From positions 4,905 through 68,904 of the forward strand of contig JBBUGM010000006.1 of the NCBI GenBank assembly GCA_038077975.1: a stretch of 64,000 nucleotides of DNA. The letters run 5' to 3'. The DNA is from Patescibacteria group bacterium. GTDB lineage: Bacteria > Patescibacteriota > Minisyncoccia > UBA6257 > 2-01-FULL-56-20. The first letter of the stretch is position 1. Every line of letters starts with the position of its first letter. Shown in pieces: positions 20,459-28,498 of the stretch. A program made the translations under genes and the position numbers. The notes beneath the pieces are model-generated. The model was not told the origin of the DNA and did no database searches. It saw only the letters and a program-made list of their open reading frames with translations.

Positions 20459-22000
20459 ATGGCGCTGATCATGGGTTCGGAAACGGAATTTGGACTGACT
20501 TCGCGCGGCAGAGCTGGCATCCACGATTTTTTATTCGAAATCGACAAACAGCGCGGCCCGGCGTTTACTTCAAGAAAAAGCGGTGAAGTTGCCGAGGCGG
20601 CAAAAAAATTGAATTGGTGGGGCGAGGATCTGTCTTTTGACGAAACAGTTGATAAGCGTGCGGGATTTGCGGATGTCGCTAGGCGCCTTGGCATGAGTGG
20701 AGATTATTTAAGCAACGGAGCTCGTTTTTACAGAGATTGCGGCCACCTGGAGTATTCTACGCCTGAATGCCGTAATCCGTGGGAATTGGTCGCTTACGAA
20801 AAGGCCGGCGAGGAGATCGTGCGTTTATGCGTCGCTCGCGCCGCGGAACGCCTCGGTTCGAAAGCAGATTTACTCAAAAGAAATGCCGATTATCATGACA
20901 GTTCTTACGCGTGTCATGCCAACTATCTTCTAAGCAGAAAGCTGTTCAATCTTCTGGTCCCGAGTTTTGATGTTGAAACCTTGGGAGCATCGGACTTTTT
21001 GAGTCGCGAGCAGGCCATTTGGACCGCGCACAACATCAGTATGCAGATATTTGCTGGCGCAGGGAGGATTGTCCCCGGCATTGCATGGCCGGATTGCTTT
21101 ATTCCTTCGCAGCGGCAGAAATTCATTACCCACTTTGCCGCCCTAGATACAACTCATGCGCGCAGTATCATTAATACCCGCGATAGACCCTATGCCGATC
21201 CGTCTCGGTTTGCGAGATTGCATGTAATTTGCTGCGACAGCAACAGGGCTGATTGGTCGAATATCTTGAAGTACGGCACGTCGTCCCTGGTTTTGGGAGC
21301 GCTTGAGGACTTCGCGGCATTAGAGAACGAAAGTTACGGTTATCTTACGCCGGCAAACGCGGTGCAAAGCTTCAGAAATCTCAAAGATAGAAATAGCCAG
21401 ATTGAAACTTCTGCTGGAATAATTACCGCTCTCGATATGCAGAGAAAAATCCTTGAATTTGCGGCTAATTGGCACCAAAAGCACGGGAAGCCCGGGTATG
21501 AATGGGCGCCGCTCCTTTTTGCCATGTGGAAAGAAATTCTTGATCTACTTGAGAGAGATGACGAAAAGTTGCGTATGCTACTCGATCGATATATCAAACA
21601 GAGGGTTTTTGAAAAAGGGTTTGGCAGTTCAGATCAAAACTCCCGGACGTTAAAGTCGTTAGAGCACAACTATCATCTCGTAGATCACAACTCTCTTTTC
21701 GGCCGATTAGAGAAGGAAGGACACGTTGATGTTGTTGTCGGGAGCGACGACGTAGAAGCGGCTTTTGCTTCTCCGCCGCCCACAAGAGCCAGCCTTCGTT
21801 GCAGATTACTCCGGTTTTTAAAGAAAAGATTCGAAGATGGTCGCGGGGTTGTGTCTTGGCACTCTTTGGGCTTCACCGATGGTCGCAGGAAAGTTTTTAT
21901 TTCACTTCCTGACCCTGCGTCAAGCCGCGCACATGAAATTTCCGAAGAGAAAAGTTCGTTTTCAGAGAGATTATTTTCTCGCAAAAGGATCTGGGGTTAA
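20459..22000 (+). CDS. PafA/Dop-family protein (Pup ligase or depupylase), paralog 1
   Basis: GSETEFG N-terminus and NGARFYRDCGHLEYSTPEC signature of the PafA/Dop carboxylate-amine ligase fold. Confidence 0.75.
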   Translation: MALIMGSETEFGLTSRGRAGIHDFLFEIDKQRGPAFTSRKSGEVAEAAKKLNWWGEDLSFDETVDKRAGFADVARRLGMSGDYLSNGARFYRDCGHLEYSTPECRNPWELVAYEKAGEEIVRLCVARAAERLGSKADLLKRNADYHDSSYACHANYLLSRKLFNLLVPSFDVETLGASDFLSREQAIWTAHNISMQIFAGAGRIVPGIAWPDCFIPSQRQKFITHFAALDTTHARSIINTRDRPYADPSRFARLHVICCDSNRADWSNILKYGTSSLVLGALEDFAALENESYGYLTPANAVQSFRNLKDRNSQIETSAGIITALDMQRKILEFAANWHQKHGKPGYEWAPLLFAMWKEILDLLERDDEKLRMLLDRYIKQRVFEKGFGSSDQNSRTLKSLEHNYHLVDHNSLFGRLEKEGHVDVVVGSDDVEAAFASPPPTRASLRCRLLRFLKKRFEDGRGVVSWHSLGFTDGRRKVFISLPDPASSRAHEISEEKSSFSERLFSRKRIWG

Positions 22001-22012
22001 AGGAGGCGAACG

Positions 22013-23533
22013 ATGGTCAGATATTTTGGCACGGAAAGCGAACACAACGTTTCTTATCGTTCGAAGGAGGGAAAGATCCATAATTCCGCCAACGACGGAC
22101 TTCTGTCGCGCAACCCGCCCACTTTAGCCGATACGGAAATTTTACTGTCGGACATTAGCCCGGGAGAGCTTGGGCGTGACATCTTTTTTAACCCGAGCAA
22201 TATTTGGCTTGCGAACGGAGGCAGGCTATACAAAGACGGAGCTCTTACGGAATATGCCACTCCCGAATGCCAAAGCGCAAAGGAGTTGGTTCTTGCCGAG
22301 ATGGCCGGAGACGAAATTGTGGCGCGCGTAGTGAACAAATTAGCCGATGCCAAAGACGTCTACGCCCTTAAAAGAAGCGCTTCGAAAGAAATGGATTTAA
22401 CGCGCGGAGCCCATGAAAGCTACGCGATTCCGGAGAGTTTTCACAAGGAGCTGATAACGGATATGACGTTGAGCCACCGCATTTTCAAGTTTTTTTCGGC
22501 CAGCCGTCAAACTTTTGCCGGAGCCGGCCACCTTGGTTATCTCGGGAGAGACAAGGTGTCTCATCTTATGTTCTGGGTCAGTCCTAGAATATACTTTATC
22601 GACCTTGAGCTGAATACTGGCACAGTAAGGAACACCGGGCGAGCTTTGGTAAACTCCCGTATTAAACCGCTTGTGGCGGGAAACCTCGAGGGGATGCAGA
22701 GGTTACACTGCATAGTCGGCGACATGAATCGGTCTCCGTGGTCGATTTATCTCAAAATAGGAGTCACGGTTTTGGTCTTGGAGTTTCTTCAACTCGTTAG
22801 TTATGAAGCGTTGAATCGTCTTGGCGGAAAGATGAAGTCGGACGGCACGTTGATTCACCGAGCGAAGGCAGCCACGCTTTTCCTAAACGACAATGCCCTG
22901 AAAGACGACTTTGATTTTTTACTCGATATCCAATACCGCTTAAGCGATGCGGTTTGGGGCATGAGGGAAGAGATTTCCGAAAGACACAATGAATTTGAAG
23001 AGATTTTTTCTTTATGGCGGGAAGCGTTGGATGCCGCGGCCTCTGAAGGCGTTGCGCGCAAGAAATTTGAGAAGCGGCTCGATTGGCTGATCAAAAGGAA
23101 GTTTATTCGCGAACTCGTCGGCGGAGAGATTCCTGCTTTGGACAAAATAGAACGAGGCGATAAATTGCGCAAATTACTTTCTTTCGACTTTGCGTATCAC
23201 CGGGTTAACCACAAAGACCTGTATAAATTTCTGGTTAAGTCGGGCGCCATTGAAGAGAAATATGCGGAAAGCGAAGCTGCGCATTATCTCTCTAGCCCTC
23301 CGGGAGGAAGGGCGAAAAGCCGCGTGTTGATTGCGAGACGAGCGCAGGAGTTAGGCATAGTGAGAAATATCACCGATTTTGACTGGGCAAGAATAGGTTT
23401 TATCCGGGATCTTCTGCCGCAGGCCGATTACGACAGAAGAGTGCCGCCGAGACGAGAAATAGCGTTTGACGACAGAAGCCCGGAAACGTTAAAATTACAC
23501 TTAGAAGATATATACAACTGGATTCGAGGGTGA
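22013..23533 (+). CDS. PafA/Dop-family protein, paralog 2
   Basis: GTESEHN N-terminus and NGGRLYKDGALTEYATPEC; GGAGG RBS. Confidence 0.75.
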   Translation: MVRYFGTESEHNVSYRSKEGKIHNSANDGLLSRNPPTLADTEILLSDISPGELGRDIFFNPSNIWLANGGRLYKDGALTEYATPECQSAKELVLAEMAGDEIVARVVNKLADAKDVYALKRSASKEMDLTRGAHESYAIPESFHKELITDMTLSHRIFKFFSASRQTFAGAGHLGYLGRDKVSHLMFWVSPRIYFIDLELNTGTVRNTGRALVNSRIKPLVAGNLEGMQRLHCIVGDMNRSPWSIYLKIGVTVLVLEFLQLVSYEALNRLGGKMKSDGTLIHRAKAATLFLNDNALKDDFDFLLDIQYRLSDAVWGMREEISERHNEFEEIFSLWREALDAAASEGVARKKFEKRLDWLIKRKFIRELVGGEIPALDKIERGDKLRKLLSFDFAYHRVNHKDLYKFLVKSGAIEEKYAESEAAHYLSSPPGGRAKSRVLIARRAQELGIVRNITDFDWARIGFIRDLLPQADYDRRVPPRREIAFDDRSPETLKLHLEDIYNWIRG

Positions 23534-23536
23534 TCC

Positions 23537-23686
23537 ATGCCAGGTCAGAAACAGCGCGAAAGGCATAAACCCGAAGAAGAGGACAGTCAATTCCCAAAGC
23601 CGCCATCCCCGCTCGACGACATACTCAAAGATTTTGTTGAAGAGCAGGAAGAGGTTTTGGATCAGGAAGAAGACGACGGAGAATAA
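23537..23686 (+). CDS. Pup/UBact-like small acidic ubiquitin-like modifier candidate (49 aa, C-terminal Gly-Glu)
   Basis: Not in the ORF track (under 60 aa). Translates to MPGQKQRERHKPEEEDSQFPKPPSPLDDILKDFVEEQEEVLDQEEDDGE; starts 3 nt after the PafA/Dop paralog 2 stop and is followed by a terminator. Confidence 0.55.
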   Translation: MPGQKQRERHKPEEEDSQFPKPPSPLDDILKDFVEEQEEVLDQEEDDGE

Positions 23687-23690
23687 CGTG

Positions 23691-23722
23691 CCCCGTGCCA
23701 ATTTCGGCTCGGGGCTTTTTTA
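23691..23722 (+). terminator. intrinsic terminator after the Pup-like ORF
   Basis: gccccg...cggggc stem followed by ttttttatt. Confidence 0.5.
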
Positions 23723-23741
23723 TTGAGAAAAAGATCGCGTC

Positions 23742-23769
23742 TTGCCCTCTTAGCGATGGTGGCTATAAT
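23742..23769 (+). promoter_or_regulatory. sigma70-like promoter for lon
   Basis: TTGCCC-N16-TATAAT. Confidence 0.4.
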
Positions 23770-23803
23770 GGGATTAGACCATTGATATTCTGTGAGGTGG
23801 TTT

Positions 23804-26380
23804 ATGGACAGCGAAACTCCGCGGAATGGTGAAAACGGCGAAATTTCGCTGGTTTCCATGCCGAAGCGGCTGGTTGTTCTTCCTTTAAGCGGCCTTACGC
23901 CTTTTCCGATGGTGTCCACTATTCTCTCGTTTTCTCGCAATGAGTTTGTGGAAGAAATAAAGAAAGATTTGTTTTTCATCGCCACTGCTTTCGTGCGCGG
24001 TGATAGTATTGGGGTGCAAGGCGAAGAAATAGGCGTTCTTAGCGTCGTAAACAAAGACACAATCGTGACACAAGGAAATGCGCATATAGTCCCGGTGAAT
24101 TTTATCGCCAGGACGTTGATTACCGATGTGAAGACGCGGCTTGAAGTGAACAACCTTAAAATTTTTGAGTGCATCCCCGCGCTAAGCCCAGGCGAAAAGA
24201 TCTCTTCTGAAGCATGGGACGATGTTGAATTCCAAAAAAGAATGGCGACACTCAGAGATCTATTAACCGCTTTTTCGGGAGAAGTTTACACTTTATCGGG
24301 CATGCAGATGAATCGCTTGGGAAAGTTTGCCGCGGAAGATCGAACTAGGGCGTTCAAAAAGTTCATTTTGCGTAAGTCGCTAAGCGTTCTTGAAGGTGCC
24401 CTCCAGCGTCTTCGCGACGCGAACAGAGATGATTTTGGGACGTGCATCGACACAGCTGCGGCGCTCCTCGGAGGGCATCTTTCGGGGGGACTCGTCGATG
24501 ATATTACAAGTGACATATTTTGGGGAAAATCCCGGGACGTGTTAAGGGGTTTAGATGTCATGGAAAGGGCGGAGAGCTTTACGGAATTGCTTAATGAGGC
24601 AAGGGAGCTTGTGGCCGCCGCTGGAGAATTTTCACCAGACGATTCCACGGCGATAAACGAGGATTCTTTGCCAGAGAATGTTCGCGAAGAAATCAAAAAA
24701 CTTTTACCCTATGCGCAGGCTAATCCGCCAACCGCGGAGAGCGTTGTCGCGCAGAAACGCATCGAGTGGCTGCGCAATATTCCATGGACGAAGAGAAGCG
24801 AGGACAAAAAAGATTTTGTGAAGATCGAAGCCATTCTCGAAGAAGATCATTGCGGTTTAGAAGAGGTTAAAGAAAGGATCAGCGAATTCATTGCCGTAAG
24901 AAGATCGAAGCCGGACGCAAAGGGCTCCATCCTGTGCTTGGTTGGCCCTCCCGGCGTCGGAAAAACTTCGCTTGGAAAATCCGTCGCGAGAGCCATGGGA
25001 AGAAAATTCGTTCGGCTTTCGCTGGGCGGAATACACGATGAAGCCGAAATTCGCGGGCACAGGAGCACCTATGTGGGCGCCTTGCCTGGACAGATCATGC
25101 AGGCAATGCGTCGCGCCGGAACAAAGAACCCCGTCTTCATGCTGGACGAAATTGACAAGATCGGAAGCGACTTTCGAGGCGATCCGGCCTCTGCGCTTCT
25201 TGAAGTTCTTGACCCAGAACAAAATCATGCATTTCGAGACAATTATCTTGACCAACCCTTTGACCTTTCGGAAGTTTTCTTCATTCTTACGGCGAATACC
25301 GTGTTCACGATACCGCTCGCGCTTTTGAACAGGATGGAAGTTATCGAACTTCCGGCGTATACGGAAGAGGAGAAGATGGAAATCGCTTTTCGCCACATCA
25401 TTCCCAAAGTAACGAATGAATTCGGCATTAGCGAAGAAAATCTTCAAGCCAAAGAAATTCCGGTCTTTAGTGTTGAATTCGAAAAAAAAGCGGTTCAAAA
25501 TATAGTGAGTGTTTATACGCATGACGCCGGAATGCGCAATTCGGAGAGAGCTATTCAGCGTGTGCTAAGGAAGATTTTGAGAGTCGCCGAGAAAAAGCAA
25601 CTGTCGGAATTGACCAGTGATAATGTTGTCAAAGTCACGCCGGAGCTCCTGCTTTCTTTATTGGGTGAACCGAAGCAGCAAGAATGGCTTCCCGGACTAT
25701 TGGGCAAATTGCCGGTTGGAACTTCCGTTGGTATGTCGATCGACGGAACAGGACAGGGTGGAATTTTGGCAGTGGAAGTATCGCTATCCACGCTGGCATC
25801 TCCAAATGAACCCGTCAAGATCAAAAGAACCGGATCATTGCATCCTGTAATGAAGGAATCGATTGGTGTCGCCGTTGACCGCTTGAACAAAATCGGAGGC
25901 GTGCTCGAAGGAATGGCTAACGGTCTATTTGTTCGCATTCACGTGCCCGATGGCGCGATTCCTAAAGATGGCCCGTCGGCAGGCGTTGCTGAAATCGAGG
26001 CTCTTTACTCGGCGATTTTGAGTTTTAGGAGCGGCAAGTCCATTTCCGCCAAACCGTTTTTTGCGGCGACGGGAGAGATCACGCTCAATATGGATATCTG
26101 CGCGCCTATAGGCGGTGTTACCGCCAAACTCCTTGGGGCGCGACGTGCCGGTATTCGCGAAGCAGCGATTCCGTACGCGAATAGACGTGATATCAAGAAA
26201 GTTCCGGCGGGATGGCGCATCATTACGCCAGAAGACCGCGACGGCAAGTCGTGGAAAGAGCTTTCGCTCGAAGAAAAGCCCGAAGGAAGTTTTACCGTCT
26301 ATTGCGTAGAGAGGCCGGAAGACGTTTTGGAACTTGCTTTCCCGAACGACTATCCGCCTCGAAAGCAGGAAGAGAAATAA
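23804..26380 (+). CDS. lon: ATP-dependent Lon protease
   Basis: LON N-domain, AAA GPPGVGKTSLGKS, proteolytic DGPSAGVA Ser site. Confidence 0.9.
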   Translation: MDSETPRNGENGEISLVSMPKRLVVLPLSGLTPFPMVSTILSFSRNEFVEEIKKDLFFIATAFVRGDSIGVQGEEIGVLSVVNKDTIVTQGNAHIVPVNFIARTLITDVKTRLEVNNLKIFECIPALSPGEKISSEAWDDVEFQKRMATLRDLLTAFSGEVYTLSGMQMNRLGKFAAEDRTRAFKKFILRKSLSVLEGALQRLRDANRDDFGTCIDTAAALLGGHLSGGLVDDITSDIFWGKSRDVLRGLDVMERAESFTELLNEARELVAAAGEFSPDDSTAINEDSLPENVREEIKKLLPYAQANPPTAESVVAQKRIEWLRNIPWTKRSEDKKDFVKIEAILEEDHCGLEEVKERISEFIAVRRSKPDAKGSILCLVGPPGVGKTSLGKSVARAMGRKFVRLSLGGIHDEAEIRGHRSTYVGALPGQIMQAMRRAGTKNPVFMLDEIDKIGSDFRGDPASALLEVLDPEQNHAFRDNYLDQPFDLSEVFFILTANTVFTIPLALLNRMEVIELPAYTEEEKMEIAFRHIIPKVTNEFGISEENLQAKEIPVFSVEFEKKAVQNIVSVYTHDAGMRNSERAIQRVLRKILRVAEKKQLSELTSDNVVKVTPELLLSLLGEPKQQEWLPGLLGKLPVGTSVGMSIDGTGQGGILAVEVSLSTLASPNEPVKIKRTGSLHPVMKESIGVAVDRLNKIGGVLEGMANGLFVRIHVPDGAIPKDGPSAGVAEIEALYSAILSFRSGKSISAKPFFAATGEITLNMDICAPIGGVTAKLLGARRAGIREAAIPYANRRDIKKVPAGWRIITPEDRDGKSWKELSLEEKPEGSFTVYCVERPEDVLELAFPNDYPPRKQEEK

Positions 26381-26386
26381 CAACAA

Positions 26387-26417
26387 GGGCTGTGCTTAGG
26401 CACAGCCCGTTTTTTTA
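26387..26417 (+). terminator. intrinsic terminator after lon
   Basis: gggctgtgc-ttag-gcacagccc followed by gttttttt. Confidence 0.6.
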
Positions 26418-26420
26418 TTC

Positions 26421-26495
26421 GTCATTGCCCGACTAGATCGGGCAATCCAGTTTCGTATTTACATTTTAGATTCTCGGATCGAGTCCGAGAATGAC
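26421..26495. repeat. two-hairpin MITE/REP-like element, copy 1
   Basis: GTCATT-gcccga-ctagatc-gggcaATCC, a 21-nt spacer, then GATTctcgga-tcgag-tccgagAATGAC; hairpin B supplies the last 11 codons of miaA. Confidence 0.5.
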
Positions 26496-27649
26496 AGAGA
26501 GAATTTTTTCACCAACGACTCGGCCTCCTTCTCGCTTTTTATCCAATTTATCCTTTTGTCTTTTCTGAACCACGTCATCTGCCGCTTGGCGTAGGCCCAG
26601 GTATTTTGTTTGATTTGTTTTGCAACTTCCTGCGGAAGCGCCGATTTATGCTGATTTGGCTGATTTATGCTGATCTCTTTAAGAGGCACCGATTGCTCAA
26701 AAATGTTATTTCCTGAGTGGGTCGAAGGATAACATTTTTGAACGCCGCCCTTCGATAAACTCAGGGAAGAATAGCATCCTGCCGCAAGATAATCGATGAT
26801 CTCGCGATAACCAATCGTGTTTATAAGTACCGACGTCCTGCCGTACTTGTTGAGCAATTCTTGCACTTCTTTTACGAGTCCAGCGCGGATCATTTCGTCC
26901 ACGCGGCTTTCTATTCTCTGCCGCAGTTTTACGGGCGGCAATTTTACTCCAAGTTCAAGCGCGTCAAAAAGCGGTTCGCCTTTTTTCCGCTGGGCAGTAA
27001 AGGGTTTTCCGGTTTGGATGGCAACCTCTAGCGCGCGCACGACACGGCGGGGATTTTTGAGGTCAACTATGTAAGCCGCTTCCGGGTCCAGTTTCAAGAG
27101 TTCTTCGGCAACGGAATCTAATCCTTTCTTCTCTATTCTCTCTTTTATCTCCTTGCGTAGCTTCGGATCCGCCTTGACTTCCGGTATGTCTAAATTCTCA
27201 ACGATCGCTTTTACATAAAGTCCCGTGCCGCCAACGAGTATCGGCAGTTTGCCGCGCCGCAATATGCCGCGGATGGCGCGCAAGGCGTCGCGTTTGTAAT
27301 CTGCGAGTGAGTATTCTTCGTCCGGATTTTTGATGTCGATAAGATGATGTGCTATCTTGCTCTTTGCGATTTGCGCTTTGCCCTTTGCGGTGCCGATATC
27401 CATCCCGCGGTATATTTGCCTTGAATCCGCAGAGACAATCTCCCCATTGAATTTTTTGGCGAGCTTAAGCGCGAGTGCGGATTTGCCGCTTGCCGTGGGG
27501 CCCACGATAACCAGTATTTTTGGCAAGGATTTTGTGGCGCGGCGACTCGATGAAGCCAAAAATGCTATTTCCTGAGCTGGTCGAAGGATGGTATTTTTGG
27601 CGGTACCCTTCGACAAGCTCAATGGATGAAAATTACTCGTGTTTGACAT
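26459..27649 (-). CDS. miaA: tRNA dimethylallyltransferase carrying repeat-derived in-frame insertions
   Basis: P-loop GPTASGKS, DSRQIYRGMDIGTAK, YAKRQMTWFR. About 90 aa longer than typical MiaA because of two in-frame copies of a 69-nt palindromic repeat plus a 15-nt microduplication; N-terminal start uncertain. Confidence 0.75.
   Translation of the reverse strand: MSNTSNFHPLSLSKGTAKNTILRPAQEIAFLASSSRRATKSLPKILVIVGPTASGKSALALKLAKKFNGEIVSADSRQIYRGMDIGTAKGKAQIAKSKIAHHLIDIKNPDEEYSLADYKRDALRAIRGILRRGKLPILVGGTGLYVKAIVENLDIPEVKADPKLRKEIKERIEKKGLDSVAEELLKLDPEAAYIVDLKNPRRVVRALEVAIQTGKPFTAQRKKGEPLFDALELGVKLPPVKLRQRIESRVDEMIRAGLVKEVQELLNKYGRTSVLINTIGYREIIDYLAAGCYSSLSLSKGGVQKCYPSTHSGNNIFEQSVPLKEISINQPNQHKSALPQEVAKQIKQNTWAYAKRQMTWFRKDKRINWIKSEKEAESLVKKFSLSFSDSIRESKM
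26698..26766. repeat. 69-nt palindromic repeat, copy A (inside miaA, in frame)
   Basis: aaaaatgttatttcctgagtgggtcgaagg...cccttcgataaactcaggg with inverted arms; encodes the ...SLSLSKGG... insert. Confidence 0.6.
27558..27625. repeat. 69-nt palindromic repeat, copy B (miaA 5' region / N-terminal extension)
   Basis: aaaaatgctatttcctgagctggtcgaagg...cccttcgacaagctcaatgg, about 80% identical to copy A. Confidence 0.6.
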
Positions 27650-27671
27650 AGTTCTTCTTTTCCGCTATAAT
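27643..27671 (+). promoter_or_regulatory. consensus sigma70 promoter TTGACA-N17-TATAAT
   Basis: Perfect -35 and -10 hexamers; drives the small plus-strand gene and overlaps the annotated miaA ATG. Confidence 0.55.
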
Positions 27672-27707
27672 ACCATTAGATTTAACTTTTGGCAAAGGAG
27701 CAATGCG

Positions 27708-27902
27708 ATGAAACGATTCGGATATTTTTTGATGGCAGTGGCTGCTGTTGTGGGCATAGGGTTTGCCGCCAGGCAAATTGCGCGTTTCCGCGACGAGCGC
27801 GACGCGCGCTTGTTGCTGGATCTTCATGACGAAGAGGAGAAAGAGGATGAAAACCTCTTCATGGCCCGTCGTGCAGAGATGCGGCCCCGCTGGATCATGT
27901 AA
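27708..27902 (+). CDS. small membrane protein (64 aa)
   Basis: AAGGAG RBS 8 nt upstream of ATG; one TM helix then a charged tail. Confidence 0.5.
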   Translation: MKRFGYFLMAVAAVVGIGFAARQIARFRDERDARLLLDLHDEEEKEDENLFMARRAEMRPRWIM

Positions 27903-27912
27903 TGTTTGTTTC

Positions 27913-27942
27913 GACCCCGTTTTTCTTCGGAAAACCGGGGTC
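27913..27942 (+). terminator. intrinsic terminator (12-bp stem)
   Basis: gaccccgttttt-cttcgg-aaaaccggggtc. Confidence 0.5.
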
Positions 27943-27972
27943 TTGACTTTTTATAGAGTTCCATGGTATAAT
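27943..27972 (+). promoter_or_regulatory. sigma70-like promoter TTGACT-N18-TATAAT
   Basis: Hexamers close to consensus upstream of the 28047 gene. Confidence 0.45.
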
Positions 27973-28046
27973 GTTAAACAGCAAGACAGTAGTAAAATCC
28001 TCCGTTGCCGGCTTCGGCTGGCGCTAACGGATCAAAGAGGTGATGT

Positions 28047-28355
28047 ATGGATCTCCAAAATGTTCAGATCGTCCTTCTCGTTGCGGGTGTGGCCCTTCTC
28101 ATTGCTTCCGTGGCAGTTTTTCTGCTACGGCGTGCCCATGCAGATGTCCAAGGATCTTTGCAGGAATCTCCGGTTGTGCGGGAGGCTGTTTCGCTTGGGC
28201 CTGGCGACCGCGTCACTTATCCTCATAGGAAGAGGACAGGGAATGGGAAAGCCACTATCTTGAGCATCAAAGACCGGCGCGGTGAACCGTGGGCTCGGAT
28301 GTTCAATGGGTCAAGCTTTCTTTCCCGCCCACTCCGGGAACTGCAGCGAGCCTAA
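28047..28355 (+). CDS. hypothetical membrane-anchored protein
   Basis: AAAGAGGTG RBS, N-terminal TM helix. Confidence 0.45.
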   Translation: MDLQNVQIVLLVAGVALLIASVAVFLLRRAHADVQGSLQESPVVREAVSLGPGDRVTYPHRKRTGNGKATILSIKDRRGEPWARMFNGSSFLSRPLRELQRA

Positions 28356-28470
28356 GACAAGCACAACCACAGCCGTAGCGCATTCCCAAAAGGGCTCCTC
28401 GATTCAATCGCGGGGCCCTTCGAATTTATGGCAGCTTCTCACAAGGATTTTCTCTTATTGGTGTTTTTCG

Positions 28471-28496
28471 TAGCGCTATCCTATAGGATAGCGCTA
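28471..28496. repeat. perfect 26-bp palindrome adjacent to the thrS stop
   Basis: tagcgctatcctataggatagcgcta equals its own reverse complement. Confidence 0.5.
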
Positions 28497-28498
28497 GC

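Noticed and set aside
24857-25522. 221-aa minus-strand ORF inside lon
   Set aside because: Antisense to the conserved Lon AAA domain.
26459-27649. miaA as a pseudogene disrupted by repeats
   Set aside because: Both repeat copies and the microduplication preserve the reading frame, and all catalytic motifs are intact. Interpreted as a functional gene with tolerated inserts; the exact start remains uncertain.
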